In this document: positions 1 to 9,661 of the stretch, piece after piece | Layout: every line of letters begins with the position of its first letter | How positions within the stretch are numbered: the first letter of the stretch is position 1 | Source of the DNA: Klebsiella phage FKP3 | Length of the DNA stretch: 64,000 nt | Direction: 5' to 3' (one strand) | Sequence record: PP895363.1 | The notes under the pieces: model-generated | Told to the model about the DNA's origin: nothing | What the model saw: only the letters and a program-made list of their open reading frames with translations | Database searches by the model: none | Made by a program: the position numbers and the translations under genes

Positions 1-317
1 GGCGCCCCCATTTTCAAATTTCCGCGAGTCCCAAATATCAATGAGAATCATTCTCATTATTATTATCATTCAATAACTTACGACACTTTTGGTCAAAGAT
101 TGACCGTATTCCATGCCCATCACGATAAACTGACAATAAATCCTTATAAATCAATGGTTTGGCAGTAATAAACATGTGTTTACAAGGTGCCAAATTGCCA
201 CAAAAGGCGACTGATAACGATTCTCATGACAAATCCACTGTATAAGTGAACAGTATCATGCTGCGCATAGCATCAAACGGCTCGAAAATCAAGATAATTC
301 CTAAAAATTTCTCTTTT
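1..317. repeat. direct repeat, copy 1 (identical to 501..817; may continue upstream of window start)
   Basis: bases 1-317 match 501-817 exactly; identity ends at 318/818. Confidence 0.9.
40..58. promoter_or_regulatory. 19-bp perfect palindrome AATGAGAAT-C-ATTCTCATT, operator-like
   Basis: 9-bp perfect inverted arms; same motif at 540-558 and 10867-10885. Confidence 0.5.
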
Positions 318-500
318 TATCTATCAATTAAACATTATTATTGGTGATTATTTTACATACAATTTACCACAAAAACTACAAAATTTCTCCTGTATACCCG
401 GAATTTTTAAGCCACCCCTATTTGGCAAAGAAATATCAATAATATCAATATGTTGGCGTCAATATGGCTCGCTTGCGAGAGGTGCTTAACGCGATTTTCG

Positions 501-817
501 GGCGCCCCCATTTTCAAATTTCCGCGAGTCCCAAATATCAATGAGAATCATTCTCATTATTATTATCATTCAATAACTTACGACACTTTTGGTCAAAGAT
601 TGACCGTATTCCATGCCCATCACGATAAACTGACAATAAATCCTTATAAATCAATGGTTTGGCAGTAATAAACATGTGTTTACAAGGTGCCAAATTGCCA
701 CAAAAGGCGACTGATAACGATTCTCATGACAAATCCACTGTATAAGTGAACAGTATCATGCTGCGCATAGCATCAAACGGCTCGAAAATCAAGATAATTC
801 CTAAAAATTTCTCTTTT
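501..817. repeat. direct repeat, copy 2 (exact 500-bp offset from copy 1)
   Basis: exact identity with 1-317. Confidence 0.9.
540..558. promoter_or_regulatory. 19-bp palindrome copy 2
   Basis: identical to 40-58 (inside the direct repeat). Confidence 0.5.
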
Positions 818-939
818 AAAAGAAGTGGCTCAACATTCCGTAGCTGTTCTAACGAACATCTAACGATGTTTTCCCCGCAAATAGTATTAGCTCTGTGCTC
901 AACAATAGCCCACTTCGTGGGCATTTGCTCGCCCGAATA

Positions 940-1700
940 ATATTAATTCTTATTCTCATTAGTGCTCAACATCCCACGCCTCAGCGTGGAATATTTCCGC
1001 CGACAATAGTTATTCTTTTCATTATTTGATTATTAATCGCTAGATTACATCTAACGATTAAATCATTACAATGCTAATCATTAGCTATAGAATTATTTTC
1101 GTTATTCACTCAATAATTCCTCCGCAAATAGATAGTGTGCTAATTGTTTCATAATGAATGATAATCCTATATAGTAATGATACCATTAGGATATCCTTTG
1201 TGTGCTAATAATACGATATGCTAATAATACCGCACGTAATGATTGTAAGCGGAAGCATTACGCTTGCAATTATTGCAAGCTACATAATAACACGAATTAC
1301 TATTAGGAATAGTAATGAGTGGGGTGGTGTAGTTGCGGTATTATTAGCAGCCTACGTTTCCCGCGTAGGCTTGCTAATACATTCTTTGCTAATTATTTCA
1401 TAGATTATTATTGTAAGAATGAATTGTAGATTAATAATACTTTCATTGCTTATTATTGATTAGTTTATTGTTTTATTGTGTTATTGTTAATTAATGAAAT
1501 GATATCAGGTAGATAGATTAGCAAGATAACTATTTATCTATTTATTATTTGATTGTTTATGATTGAATAAATTGTCAATTGTTACTTTGATTGTAAATGA
1601 TTCTCACTATCACACTATGCAATATTCTGCATAATTAAGCACAGATAGATGAGATTGATTATCATTATTGATTAGATTGTTAAATTGGTGGATTTATTGA
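940..1700. repeat. AT-rich non-coding region with repeated CTAATAATAC/ATTATT motifs and palindromes (e.g. gcttgcaat-t-attgcaagc at 1258-1276)
   Basis: no credible ORF; low-complexity repeats and hairpin-forming palindromes. Confidence 0.5.
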
Positions 1701-1867
1701 TCACTTAGATAGTGGCTATGCCTTTTAAAGCTCCTGTAAGCCATTCTAAGAGGCGCAAGCCTCACCCCTGGCACGTGGTCAACCTTGCTTAGAAAACCTC
1801 ATAACGCGATTTATTCACTTTTCTGCTGCGAGTGATTTCAATCGGTAAAAGCTATCATTAAATGATA

Positions 1868-1897
1868 GGCAAAAAGAAAGGGCGCTTTGTGCGCCCC
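1868..1897 (-). terminator. rho-independent terminator for minus-strand early operon
   Basis: gggcgc-tttgt-gcgccc hairpin followed on minus strand by a T-run (tttcttttt). Confidence 0.6.
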
Positions 1898-1911
1898 TTT
1901 GAAATGGTGTT

Positions 1912-2280
1912 TTATTTGTAGGCTGGATCGTTTGTAATGTCCACCCAATGAGATAAATCAATAGTTCCCTTTTCTTTCATCTTCTCTAACAAGCGTTCCG
2001 CGCGGTTAGTGCTATTGATATAATAATCAAAGGTTTCTCCGGTTTCTTCATCCTCTAATGTTTCGATTCGACCGATGATCACGCGATCCAGGGCGTAAAC
2101 TTTGCCAGTGTACCAGTTAGTTAAATGAATCTCACATTTATAATCATCTGACCCGCTGTCAATGGTTACAACGTCGATTAAATCACCTTTAAACACTGAC
2201 AGGCTCCACATAGGATCGTTATCTACTACGCGGCCAAAATCTTTACCTTTGATAGTAGTATTCAGATTGATGATAGTCAT
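1912..2280 (-). CDS. hypothetical protein (early region)
   Basis: ORF, 122 aa, terminator downstream. Confidence 0.5.
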   Translation of the reverse strand: MTIINLNTTIKGKDFGRVVDNDPMWSLSVFKGDLIDVVTIDSGSDDYKCEIHLTNWYTGKVYALDRVIIGRIETLEDEETGETFDYYINSTNRAERLLEKMKEKGTIDLSHWVDITNDPAYK

Positions 2281-2348
2281 TTTCGTTTATCCTATGCGAG
2301 TTTATTGTCGGGGCGCTTATCACGCCCTGGATTGTTAGTCTATTTTAA

Positions 2349-2717
2349 TTAGAATGTTGCACGTTTAATTTTTAATACTTCTACTGTATAACCTAAACTT
2401 AAATACAATGCTTTAACTTCTTTATAACGTCCTGGAAAATTACCACATTTCATTGCAAAATCTGGATTGTTAGTCAATTGCCACTCTTTTGATCCTGGTG
2501 CTGTGCGGATATCTGACACAAACAAACGTTTGTTGTTTTTAGTCACAATCACCAGATCTTCGCCTGTTGGTTCCTCTTCGATCTCTACTACAGAATAGAA
2601 ATTAACACGCGCACTATTAAGAATGCGGCAAGCCTCTTTTGCTTGCTCTTTTGTTGTAAAACGTGAATCTAAAATTGTTTCTTTAAAAGTTAAAGTAGTG
2701 CATTTAATAGCAAACAT
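2349..2717 (-). CDS. hypothetical protein
   Basis: ORF 122 aa. Confidence 0.5.
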   Translation of the reverse strand: MFAIKCTTLTFKETILDSRFTTKEQAKEACRILNSARVNFYSVVEIEEEPTGEDLVIVTKNNKRLFVSDIRTAPGSKEWQLTNNPDFAMKCGNFPGRYKEVKALYLSLGYTVEVLKIKRATF

Positions 2718-3181
2718 GTTAGTTACCTCGTTAAGTTAATTTCGTATTCCTGCCCTACGAGATAAATAATAGCATAACTGATATTTCATGCAAGAGTAGA
2801 TTTGTAAAGAACTGTAAAGAAAACAATTATATGCGAATAGCACACTATAAAATCTTTGTCAAATTTATTTTCATACCCTGTATAAACATACATACCTTTA
2901 AAACGCTCTAGAAACGATTTTAAGCGCTTTTTTGTCCGGGCAATACCCTAGCTCATAAACAAATAGATCTCACTAATAGGAATTTTTCTCATTTAGAAAT
3001 TAAAGTTGGCACGATGTTTGTTGCGAGTAATTCTCATTTGAAGGGAGGCGTCCAAGTTCGGTTAGCTTTCCTGAATGACAGGCAGGTTCGGTGTTTGTCT
3101 CCCCCTGCATCAGGTGCCATCGCATGGCATAAGGATACCAAAAAAGGGGCGATCAAGTCAACCCCTGTAAACACTGTGAAT

Positions 3182-3496
3182 TCATCCAACCTTTCGACCG
3201 TTTGCCCGTTCCCAGGCCCTGGCGATCCTGTGACCTGTTACCCGGTGCGGATCTCCCATCATGCGGAGTGATTCCAGGGTTAACTCAGACCGTTTACGGC
3301 GTAGACTGAGAATCGCTAAAGTGTTGCCCATGTTGCGGCTCGGCCCAGGATTGAACGGGACAGCCCCGGCATTAAGGTTTATGATCTCATGAATGGAGAT
3401 CCGGCGCTGTTTGCTTTCGGCATGTTTGAAGATAGCCAGCGGCGGCGCGATTTGCTGACGATACCAATCTAAAACGGTTGGCGTAATGGCAATCAT
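3182..3496 (-). CDS. hypothetical Arg-rich protein in an atypically GC-rich patch
   Basis: ORF abuts 3493..3687 with ATGA overlap; weak terminator-like hairpin downstream (3140-3170). Confidence 0.35.
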   Translation of the reverse strand: MIAITPTVLDWYRQQIAPPLAIFKHAESKQRRISIHEIINLNAGAVPFNPGPSRNMGNTLAILSLRRKRSELTLESLRMMGDPHRVTGHRIARAWERANGRKVG

Positions 3497-3687
3497 ATTT
3501 CACCCCCGATAAAATCCGATCTGTTGCTTTCGGTCATACGTTTATGCAACTCTGCTAACGATGATATACTGTCCAATGTATCCGCCTCGAATGTTGATCC
3601 TACATAATCAGGATCATTAATAACCTTCAAGCGGTTATGATAACGTAAAACAGCTATGGCTTTTCTAATTTCTTCGCTACTAGTCAT
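3493..3687 (-). CDS. hypothetical protein
   Basis: ORF 64 aa, translationally coupled. Confidence 0.45.
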   Translation of the reverse strand: MTSSEEIRKAIAVLRYHNRLKVINDPDYVGSTFEADTLDSISSLAELHKRMTESNRSDFIGGEI

Positions 3688-3733
3688 TTTTATTGTCCCA
3701 AAGCTGGGGAACCGTAGCGGCTCCCCTTATTGA

Positions 3734-3967
3734 TTAGATGGCTGTTTCCAGGAATTTAGCCAGATCACTAACTACACGATAAGGCTTGACAATTTCGAAT
3801 TTACCGGATTTAATGATCTCCGCTTTCATTTCGTCGTGTTCTGCCTTTGTTAAGGTGAAACGCCCCGCGCGATGATGCGCCCAATATTTACCGCTTACGC
3901 GCTCAAAAGATACGCTTTCAATGGTAATGATCTTGGATGCCATACTTTGCATCACCTGCTTTTTCAA
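3734..3967 (-). CDS. hypothetical protein (probably TTG or internal ATG start)
   Basis: ORF 77 aa downstream of promoter+hairpin. Confidence 0.45.
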   Translation of the reverse strand: MKKQVMQSMASKIITIESVSFERVSGKYWAHHRAGRFTLTKAEHDEMKAEIIKSGKFEIVKPYRVVSDLAKFLETAI

Positions 3968-4018
3968 TTGCTGCCGCTAATTTGTCTAAATCGAACATAA
4001 TGGAATCTCTCTCATTTA

Positions 4019-4037
4019 GCGGGGAACCACTCCCCGC
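4019..4037 (-). promoter_or_regulatory. conserved 5-prime-UTR stem-loop GCGGGGAAccaCTCCCCGC
   Basis: one of 5 related promoter-proximal hairpins in early region. Confidence 0.45.
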
Positions 4038-4049
4038 CTTATGTAATGG

Positions 4050-4078
4050 ATTATGCGCCCTTTCTTGGGTGCTGTCAA
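4050..4078 (-). promoter_or_regulatory. sigma70-like promoter (TTGACA-17-CATAAT) on minus strand
   Basis: read as reverse complement; followed by conserved hairpin 4019-4037. Confidence 0.45.
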
Positions 4079-4087
4079 CACTATTTT

Positions 4088-4543
4088 TTAGTAGTCTGCC
4101 AGGTTTTCAGGGTTAAGGAATGGGAAGTGATGATCCAACGTTAGGCCGTCCCATTGTGCTAAATTGTGCTCAGCGGTACGCTTCACTGCTAAGCCCTGCT
4201 CAATTTTAGCGGCGGCGTTGTCGATCCACTCTTGGCACATAGTACGCGCTTTCATCAGGAAAGCGGATTCACTAGGATAATTCCCTAAATGATCCATCTC
4301 TTCCAGTGCTGACATATAATCGCGAAATGCTTCGCTTGCTATATGTTGACCTTCACCAAATTTTGAATGATGATAAAAGAAATTAGTCGGATCTAAATAG
4401 TCAACTAAAATTTCAAAATCGCTTTCCATTGCTTCGCGGTTGGTATCGACTACGATCACGCCGTTACCACGTAAGGCGCTAACAATATGAGATTTACGGG
4501 TTAACACGTCGATCACTATTTGACCATAGCAGAATTTATTCAT
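4088..4543 (-). CDS. hypothetical protein
   Basis: ORF 151 aa. Confidence 0.5.
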   Translation of the reverse strand: MNKFCYGQIVIDVLTRKSHIVSALRGNGVIVVDTNREAMESDFEILVDYLDPTNFFYHHSKFGEGQHIASEAFRDYMSALEEMDHLGNYPSESAFLMKARTMCQEWIDNAAAKIEQGLAVKRTAEHNLAQWDGLTLDHHFPFLNPENLADY

Positions 4544-4654
4544 GATGCAATCCTTCGGATTTTGTGGCGCTGCATTATTGCCTCGCCCTATGGATAAATC
4601 ATAACAGATCGGGACGGGTAGTCAATAGCTAAAACGTAATTTTTACATTATTCA

Positions 4655-4930
4655 TTAGAAAACATCATTAACAATTGCAGCCACAAAAGCAGGCGCATAA
4701 TTTGCCGGGAAAGGCAAGGAAAAATCTTGGCTTGTTTCATCATCATTAGTAATGAAATGATAAGCAAGGGAGTAGTAACCTTTTGAAACTCTTTTCAAGC
4801 TAATGATTAGGATGCTTTCGGCGTTCTCTTTCAACGTGGCGATCATGGTGTCGCCGTCCTGGAATTGCTCAACCATTACGGCGGCGTTTTGCACTTCCTG
4901 AAACATCATTAAACTGTTAGCCTGAATCAT
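4655..4930 (-). CDS. hypothetical protein
   Basis: ORF 91 aa. Confidence 0.45.
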   Translation of the reverse strand: MIQANSLMMFQEVQNAAVMVEQFQDGDTMIATLKENAESILIISLKRVSKGYYSLAYHFITNDDETSQDFSLPFPANYAPAFVAAIVNDVF

Positions 4931-4985
4931 TTTTCTTTACCCTTTTGTTTGCCTGGCTTAAAGATAATCGATCAAGTGCTTCCTG

Positions 4986-5369
4986 TCAACCCTTTAAGTA
5001 ATAACAGCGCGCCATAGTATAAACAACCATTTTACCGATCATATTATCGATAGCCCTTGTCATAAGTGGGTTAACCTGGTAGGGCGCGTAATTCTGCCTC
5101 CCGTTTTCCGCGATCCGCGCTGCGATAAGCTCGCAGGATGCACCAGGGTCATTATTGAGAATAGGTATCATTTGAGAATCAAGCGCGTCCTCAAAGGTTT
5201 TTGATAAGGTGTAAGATCGTAGCGTTGCGTTATTATCACCTGATACAATTAACATTTTTTCAATGCTGGTGCGTAAATCACGGCTTGCGCTCATCACGTT
5301 GATCTCGGTGTCTGCTGCTGCGCTGGCGCTTACTGCTGCCAGCATAGCGGCGATGATAAATTTTTTCAT
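4986..5369 (-). CDS. secreted/periplasmic protein (N-terminal signal peptide MKKFIIAAMLAAVSASAAA)
   Basis: ORF 127 aa with canonical signal peptide. Confidence 0.5.
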   Translation of the reverse strand: MKKFIIAAMLAAVSASAAADTEINVMSASRDLRTSIEKMLIVSGDNNATLRSYTLSKTFEDALDSQMIPILNNDPGASCELIAARIAENGRQNYAPYQVNPLMTRAIDNMIGKMVVYTMARCYYLKG

Positions 5370-5460
5370 TTCGTTTCCTCCCCTAGCTGGCCTTTGACCC
5401 GCTTTATGTATTCATTATGTGCTATTATCGATGCAGTGTCTAATTGTTTAAATCTATCAA

Positions 5461-5643
5461 TCAAAGGTGTTTGATAGATATTACCATCTCCGGCTTCACT
5501 CGGTTTTTCAGGGTATCGATCAGCACGTCGCCGCCCTCGGTAGCCAGAATCACGCCGCTAATGATAAAGCCCCATTGATCACGGTAACGTGCTGAAAGTC
5601 TGCCGCCCTGGGCTAGTGCCTTTTGAATCTGTTCTAATGTCAT
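5461..5643 (-). CDS. hypothetical protein
   Basis: ORF 60 aa. Confidence 0.4.
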   Translation of the reverse strand: MTLEQIQKALAQGGRLSARYRDQWGFIISGVILATEGGDVLIDTLKNRVKPEMVISIKHL

Positions 5644-5925
5644 TGTCTAAGCTCCTGTAGTACGTTCTAAGCGGTTTTTATGGTGCTCCCTGGTGTTTGT
5701 ATGGCTCACTATAGAAAACGCTGTATAAAGCGAAAAGGACGCTATCTGCGCCCCTCCTTATTACTCCCAACGTCGTTTTTCACTCCGATCTCGTTTTGTT
5801 TTATTGCGCTTGTCTCCTTTGCGCCCGGTTTCATCGTCCCATGATTTTCGCTGTTTATCGCTTGCCATTTTTTCGACGTGGTGGCTGCCATTCATTTTTA
5901 AACCCTCATTTTATTTTCAAAGTGT

Positions 5926-5942
5926 GGCGGGAAGTTCCCGCC
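5926..5942 (-). promoter_or_regulatory. conserved stem-loop GGCGGGAAgTTCCCGCC
   Basis: member of GCGGGAA..TTCCCGC hairpin family. Confidence 0.4.
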
Positions 5943-6042
5943 GTTGTTGTGTATCTTATACCAGGTTGTAACCCTTCGCAAGGCTCATCAGTGAACCCGC
6001 CAGATAAAGCCAGTATTGATCACGCTCGCGGTCAATTGTTGC

Positions 6043-6327
6043 TTAGCGGCTAGTATGTTTCAGATAACCCCACTCAATCAAAAGAGAATCAATCTCATTA
6101 TAATAGAATGCAATGCCGATCTCACTCGGCAATCCCTGCAACCATGAGGCCATTGCTTTTGTCATGGTGCCGTAGCGCTGCTGATTTGCTGGATACCAAT
6201 ATTCACATTTAAAGCGGCGCATCAGTTCGGTGATCTTCTCTTCTTCGGTGGTAAACGTTTTGCCGTTCTCGCCTTCAAAGTTAATCGCCGCTAGGATGTA
6301 AGATTTTATTTTTTCTGCTGCTTTCAT
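6043..6327 (-). CDS. hypothetical protein
   Basis: ORF 94 aa. Confidence 0.5.
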   Translation of the reverse strand: MKAAEKIKSYILAAINFEGENGKTFTTEEEKITELMRRFKCEYWYPANQQRYGTMTKAMASWLQGLPSEIGIAFYYNEIDSLLIEWGYLKHTSR

Positions 6328-6351
6328 GGTGTTACCCTTATCTGATTTGGC

Positions 6352-6368
6352 GCGGGAACAACTCCCGC
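6352..6368 (-). promoter_or_regulatory. conserved stem-loop GCGGGAAcaaCTCCCGC downstream of minus-strand promoter
   Basis: hairpin family member; TTGACA-like -35 upstream on minus strand. Confidence 0.4.
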
Positions 6369-6423
6369 CGCCTTGAATACTAATCTACTTTAAACTGTTT
6401 ACCGTGTCAACCTGTTTTTAAAA

Positions 6424-6780
6424 TTATTCTTCGCTCTCTTCCAGATCTTCAATCTCACTTTCAAGGGCGCTTTCCTGCTCTTCCAACTCTTCCAGCTCTT
6501 CTGTCAGTGTAATATATTCCGGCACATCGTCAAGGTCTTTTTCACTGTCATAATCTGATTTGCCGCAACGGTACGCCGTAGGATCGAGATTCTTAAGAGC
6601 ATAAGAGGCGGTATAACTGCTGCCGCAAATGTCAATATCACCGTAGCATCCATCCAAATAAGAATCATACTCATCATCAGTTGACTCATAAGAGAAGTTG
6701 CGGATCTCTTTCTGTTTTGCATAGATAGCCTGTTTAACTTCCAGCAGTTCGGCGCGTTTCTCAATCAGGATGTTATTCAT
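6424..6780 (-). CDS. highly acidic small protein (Glu/Asp-rich C-terminus), possible DNA mimic
   Basis: 118 aa; C-terminal ELEELEEQESALESEIEDLEESEE. Confidence 0.5.
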   Translation of the reverse strand: MNNILIEKRAELLEVKQAIYAKQKEIRNFSYESTDDEYDSYLDGCYGDIDICGSSYTASYALKNLDPTAYRCGKSDYDSEKDLDDVPEYITLTEELEELEEQESALESEIEDLEESEE

Positions 6781-6940
6781 AATCTTATCTCTTATTTAGT
6801 GATATTTGATAAATCAGCGTAGGTAATAACAACACAAACTAAACCAATTGCAAGCGTTGCGAGGCATAAAACGAAAAATTTTCTTTTTTCTGTTTTATTG
6901 ATAAAAAGACTTGCTTCCATCATCATTTTATGCTTAGGAT

Positions 6941-7162
6941 TCATTTTTCTACTACCAATTGATACCAAGTTTCAACGTTGGTGAATACGATTTTCCCGTC
7001 CTCGCGTTCACTCATCAGCAAGCAAGGCGATAACATACGTTCGGCGGCTTTACAATCTGCATAAGCTGTGCTGATCTCGCCTGGCTTGCTATCATCTGCC
7101 GGGAAAGTATCATTAATAAACACGTTGCCAGCCACCAGGGAAATAATTGCAAATGTAACCAT
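6941..7162 (-). CDS. small secreted protein (signal peptide)
   Basis: ORF 73 aa, hydrophobic N-terminus. Confidence 0.4.
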   Translation of the reverse strand: MVTFAIISLVAGNVFINDTFPADDSKPGEISTAYADCKAAERMLSPCLLMSEREDGKIVFTNVETWYQLVVEK

Positions 7163-7495
7163 TTTACACCTCGTTAGATTGTTTGGTTTCTCTCTTCAAT
7201 GCCTCTTATTATAAAGAGGCATCACAGAAAGTCAACTTATTTTTTAACGATATTCATCCAAGGCAAGCTCGGCAAACGCTTTAAAAGCCTGCTCCGCCTC
7301 ATCATAATAATCGTAAGTTTCGGATTGTTCCCCATATGTTACGGTATATTGCAGATCCTCATAAGTCATAATAACCGGGTCGATACCTTTTATTTTAAGT
7401 TCTGCGATAATTTCCATTTGCTTACTCTCTTTGTTGGGCTAGTTTCTCTTCTCTATAGCGCCCATTATAGGACGCTATAACGAAAAGTCAACTGC

Positions 7496-7774
7496 TTATT
7501 TAACAGCGTGCCAGTAGTTTTTTGAACAGCCGATCACTGCAACGGCGTCGCCGCTTTCTGTGCGTACATGATGCATGATTTTACCGTCCTTAGTGGTGGA
7601 AGTTTCGGCGTAGATTGCCGCCACCTTATCGAACGGAATTTCAGCTCCACCCTTAACCATTTTGCCGTCGCCATTAGTGGCGAAACCAATGAATACAGAA
7701 TCACCGATACGCGGGGTTTTCAGCAGGTTAGTAGTAGTTGTCATGTGTATCTCCTTTATTGATGATATAGGCAT
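7496..7774 (-). CDS. hypothetical protein
   Basis: ORF 92 aa. Confidence 0.45.
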   Translation of the reverse strand: MPISSIKEIHMTTTTNLLKTPRIGDSVFIGFATNGDGKMVKGGAEIPFDKVAAIYAETSTTKDGKIMHHVRTESGDAVAVIGCSKNYWHAVK

Positions 7775-7852
7775 TATTGCCGGATGTTTCTTTTTCTCTA
7801 TGCCGTACAGGATAGCACGGCATAACGAAAAGTCAACTTATTTTTTCAGGCT

Positions 7853-8005
7853 CAAGGTGCCTTTGCCATCGTTATGAGACAAACCAGGGAAGATCCAACC
7901 GTTTTCGCCTTTCACTGGTGCTTTCAATTTAGCAGGTGCAACGGCGTTAACTTTACGGGCTACGTTGCGAGCGGCTTCGCGAGTATTCATGGCGATCATA
8001 ATTTT
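7853..8005 (-). CDS. small hypothetical protein (50 aa, not in ORF track)
   Basis: hand translation MIAMNTREAARNVARKVNAVAP...; preceded by promoter+hairpin. Confidence 0.35.
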
Positions 8006-8019
8006 TCTCTCTTTGTTGT

Positions 8020-8038
8020 GGCGGGAATCATTCCCGCC
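8020..8038 (-). promoter_or_regulatory. conserved stem-loop GGCGGGAAtcaTTCCCGCC
   Basis: hairpin family member. Confidence 0.45.
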
Positions 8039-8048
8039 TTGATTAACA

Positions 8049-8075
8049 GTTTACTTTATTTTAGAAGGTTGTCAA
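8049..8075 (-). promoter_or_regulatory. sigma70-like promoter TTGACA-17-TAAACT (minus strand)
   Basis: reverse-complement reading. Confidence 0.45.
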
Positions 8076-8101
8076 CCTTATTTTATAAGATTGACTATTT
8101 T

Positions 8102-8320
8102 CTACATTCCAACCATTGCAGCGCGGATCGTGGTCTTGCTATACGGTGCGCCGTCCGGCGTTTTCTTGCTCACGCTGCGTAACATTTTGGCGGCGGCTTC
8201 GTCGCGGTTGTCAGTGGATGCAATGCAATTCATTGCAAGGCGGTATAATCCCTCATCGTTATTAATCCACAATGAAACGTTCCAATGATTCCAGTTTTTG
8301 TGACCGTTATATTTTGCCAT
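8102..8320 (-). CDS. hypothetical protein
   Basis: ORF 72 aa. Confidence 0.45.
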   Translation of the reverse strand: MAKYNGHKNWNHWNVSLWINNDEGLYRLAMNCIASTDNRDEAAAKMLRSVSKKTPDGAPYSKTTIRAAMVGM

Positions 8321-8606
8321 AATGCTAACCTTTTCAGCTTAGGCGGTTCGCCTATCTCCCCGCCTTGATATGAATATTAGACCCTTTGGATCTGCCTGTC
8401 AACTACTTTTTTACGCTGCTTTCGATACTAACCACAAGGTAAAACCGATAACTACCCACAATGGAACCGAAAGGATTAGTGCATTGATAATACCAGTGAA
8501 AAAACAGTTTTCTTTCTTGATTAACATAATCTATCCTCTTTGGTGTCGGCATCATTGCCGCCCTATGTGGTACATTATGCGCCCTCCCTGGGCGCTTGTC
8601 AATCCC

Positions 8607-9155
8607 TTATTTAAAATAATTTCGTAGGGCTTGCGCTGCCTCTTCCGGTGTCGGATGATACGGCGTGATCGCGTCCTCTTCCAGGACTACCGGATCAAGC
8701 TCCGGCTCTTCCTCCGGCGCGTTCTCTTCCTCCAGGAGTACAGATCCCACCAGCTTATCGATCTTGCGCTGTGCCTTGTCTGCTTTCACGTCTAGGACGC
8801 GCAAGGCGCTACGATAAAGGTTCTCAGGCATCTTTCCCGCCTCATATGCTTTCGTAAGCGCTGCCACCTTGCCAGGGTACTCTAACAGCGTCTTAAACGC
8901 TGGATCTACCAGCAGTAGCGGATCACCTTTCGCATCATCTGCCGGATCTGCTGCCCCGGCAATGTCTGCGCGGCCATTAGGTAGCCAACCCGGCACCGTG
9001 GCGCGGATCGCCGTGTTCCCGTTGTTACGGGCTACACGTTGGCCCACTTGCTCGCCACTGTACCCGCTAGCAGTGTCCAGGAGGTGAGGAGGGATCACCC
9101 TCCAATCATCCTCATCATGTTTGACCCAAGATTGTACAACATGCTCGCGCCCCAT
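8607..9155 (-). CDS. hypothetical protein
   Basis: ORF 182 aa, RBS GAGGGGG upstream of ATG. Confidence 0.5.
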   Translation of the reverse strand: MGREHVVQSWVKHDEDDWRVIPPHLLDTASGYSGEQVGQRVARNNGNTAIRATVPGWLPNGRADIAGAADPADDAKGDPLLLVDPAFKTLLEYPGKVAALTKAYEAGKMPENLYRSALRVLDVKADKAQRKIDKLVGSVLLEEENAPEEEPELDPVVLEEDAITPYHPTPEEAAQALRNYFK

Positions 9156-9420
9156 AGGTTAACCCCCTCGTTACTAACTCACAAACACGGTATAGGCTCC
9201 CCGCGTCTCTGGACGGTAGCCACCCGATCCGGTACTTCCCTATTTCCACCTTTGTAACATCCTTTACCTCGGCATTACGATGATTAAAGATAGTGTATCC
9301 GCCGCCTATCCGTTTGTAAACGTTCTCTTTAAACGTCATTGCATACCGTGCCAGATCGTAGGCTGTTGAATCCATGAAGGCGATCACCTCGCCCTCACAG
9401 TTTAAAAACAGTGGCTTCAT
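9115..9420 (-). CDS. hypothetical protein
   Basis: ORF 101 aa (41-nt overlap with next gene). Confidence 0.4.
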   Translation of the reverse strand: MKPLFLNCEGEVIAFMDSTAYDLARYAMTFKENVYKRIGGGYTIFNHRNAEVKDVTKVEIGKYRIGWLPSRDAGSLYRVCELVTRGLTYGARACCTILGQT

Positions 9421-9596
9421 TACGTTATTATTTCCCCCATCTGGTAAACCCCGCGCCCTGGTTAGATTTTAACTCACGTTTCAAACGAGCGCAACGGCTT
9501 GCGATAGCGAAACGGGAGGGAGTTACAACGGTTGATCCGGTATTGGTGTGGATTTTCATTACACGTTGTTTCATAATCTTCTACCTTTGGTGAGGC

Positions 9597-9613
9597 GCGG
9601 GAACCATTCCCGC
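9597..9613 (-). promoter_or_regulatory. conserved stem-loop GCGGGAAccaTTCCCGC
   Basis: hairpin family member. Confidence 0.45.
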
Positions 9614-9627
9614 TGCCTATGAAGTGA

Positions 9628-9655
9628 ATTATACGTTACTGTGCGAATCTGTCAA
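9628..9655 (-). promoter_or_regulatory. sigma70-like promoter TTGACA-16-TATAAT (minus strand)
   Basis: reverse-complement reading; consensus -10. Confidence 0.5.
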
Positions 9656-9661
9656 GCGGTT

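Noticed and set aside
450-668. 72-aa ORF in track
   Set aside because: Spans the unique spacer and the second copy of the 317-bp direct repeat. It has no RBS and reads through the palindrome, so it is almost certainly non-coding.
1218-1403. 61-aa ORF in AT-rich repeat region
   Set aside because: Low-complexity Ile/Leu-rich translation of palindromic repeats. No RBS.
3014-3271. plus-strand 85-aa ORF
   Set aside because: Overlaps a minus-strand ORF that is translationally coupled to neighbouring minus-strand genes. A terminator-like hairpin for the minus transcript lies at 3140-3170.
3330-3372. tRNA-like T-loop (GTTCAATCC on minus strand) inside the GC-rich patch
   Set aside because: No complementary acceptor stem or anticodon arm could be built within about 80 nt upstream. 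The region is covered by ORF 3182..3496.
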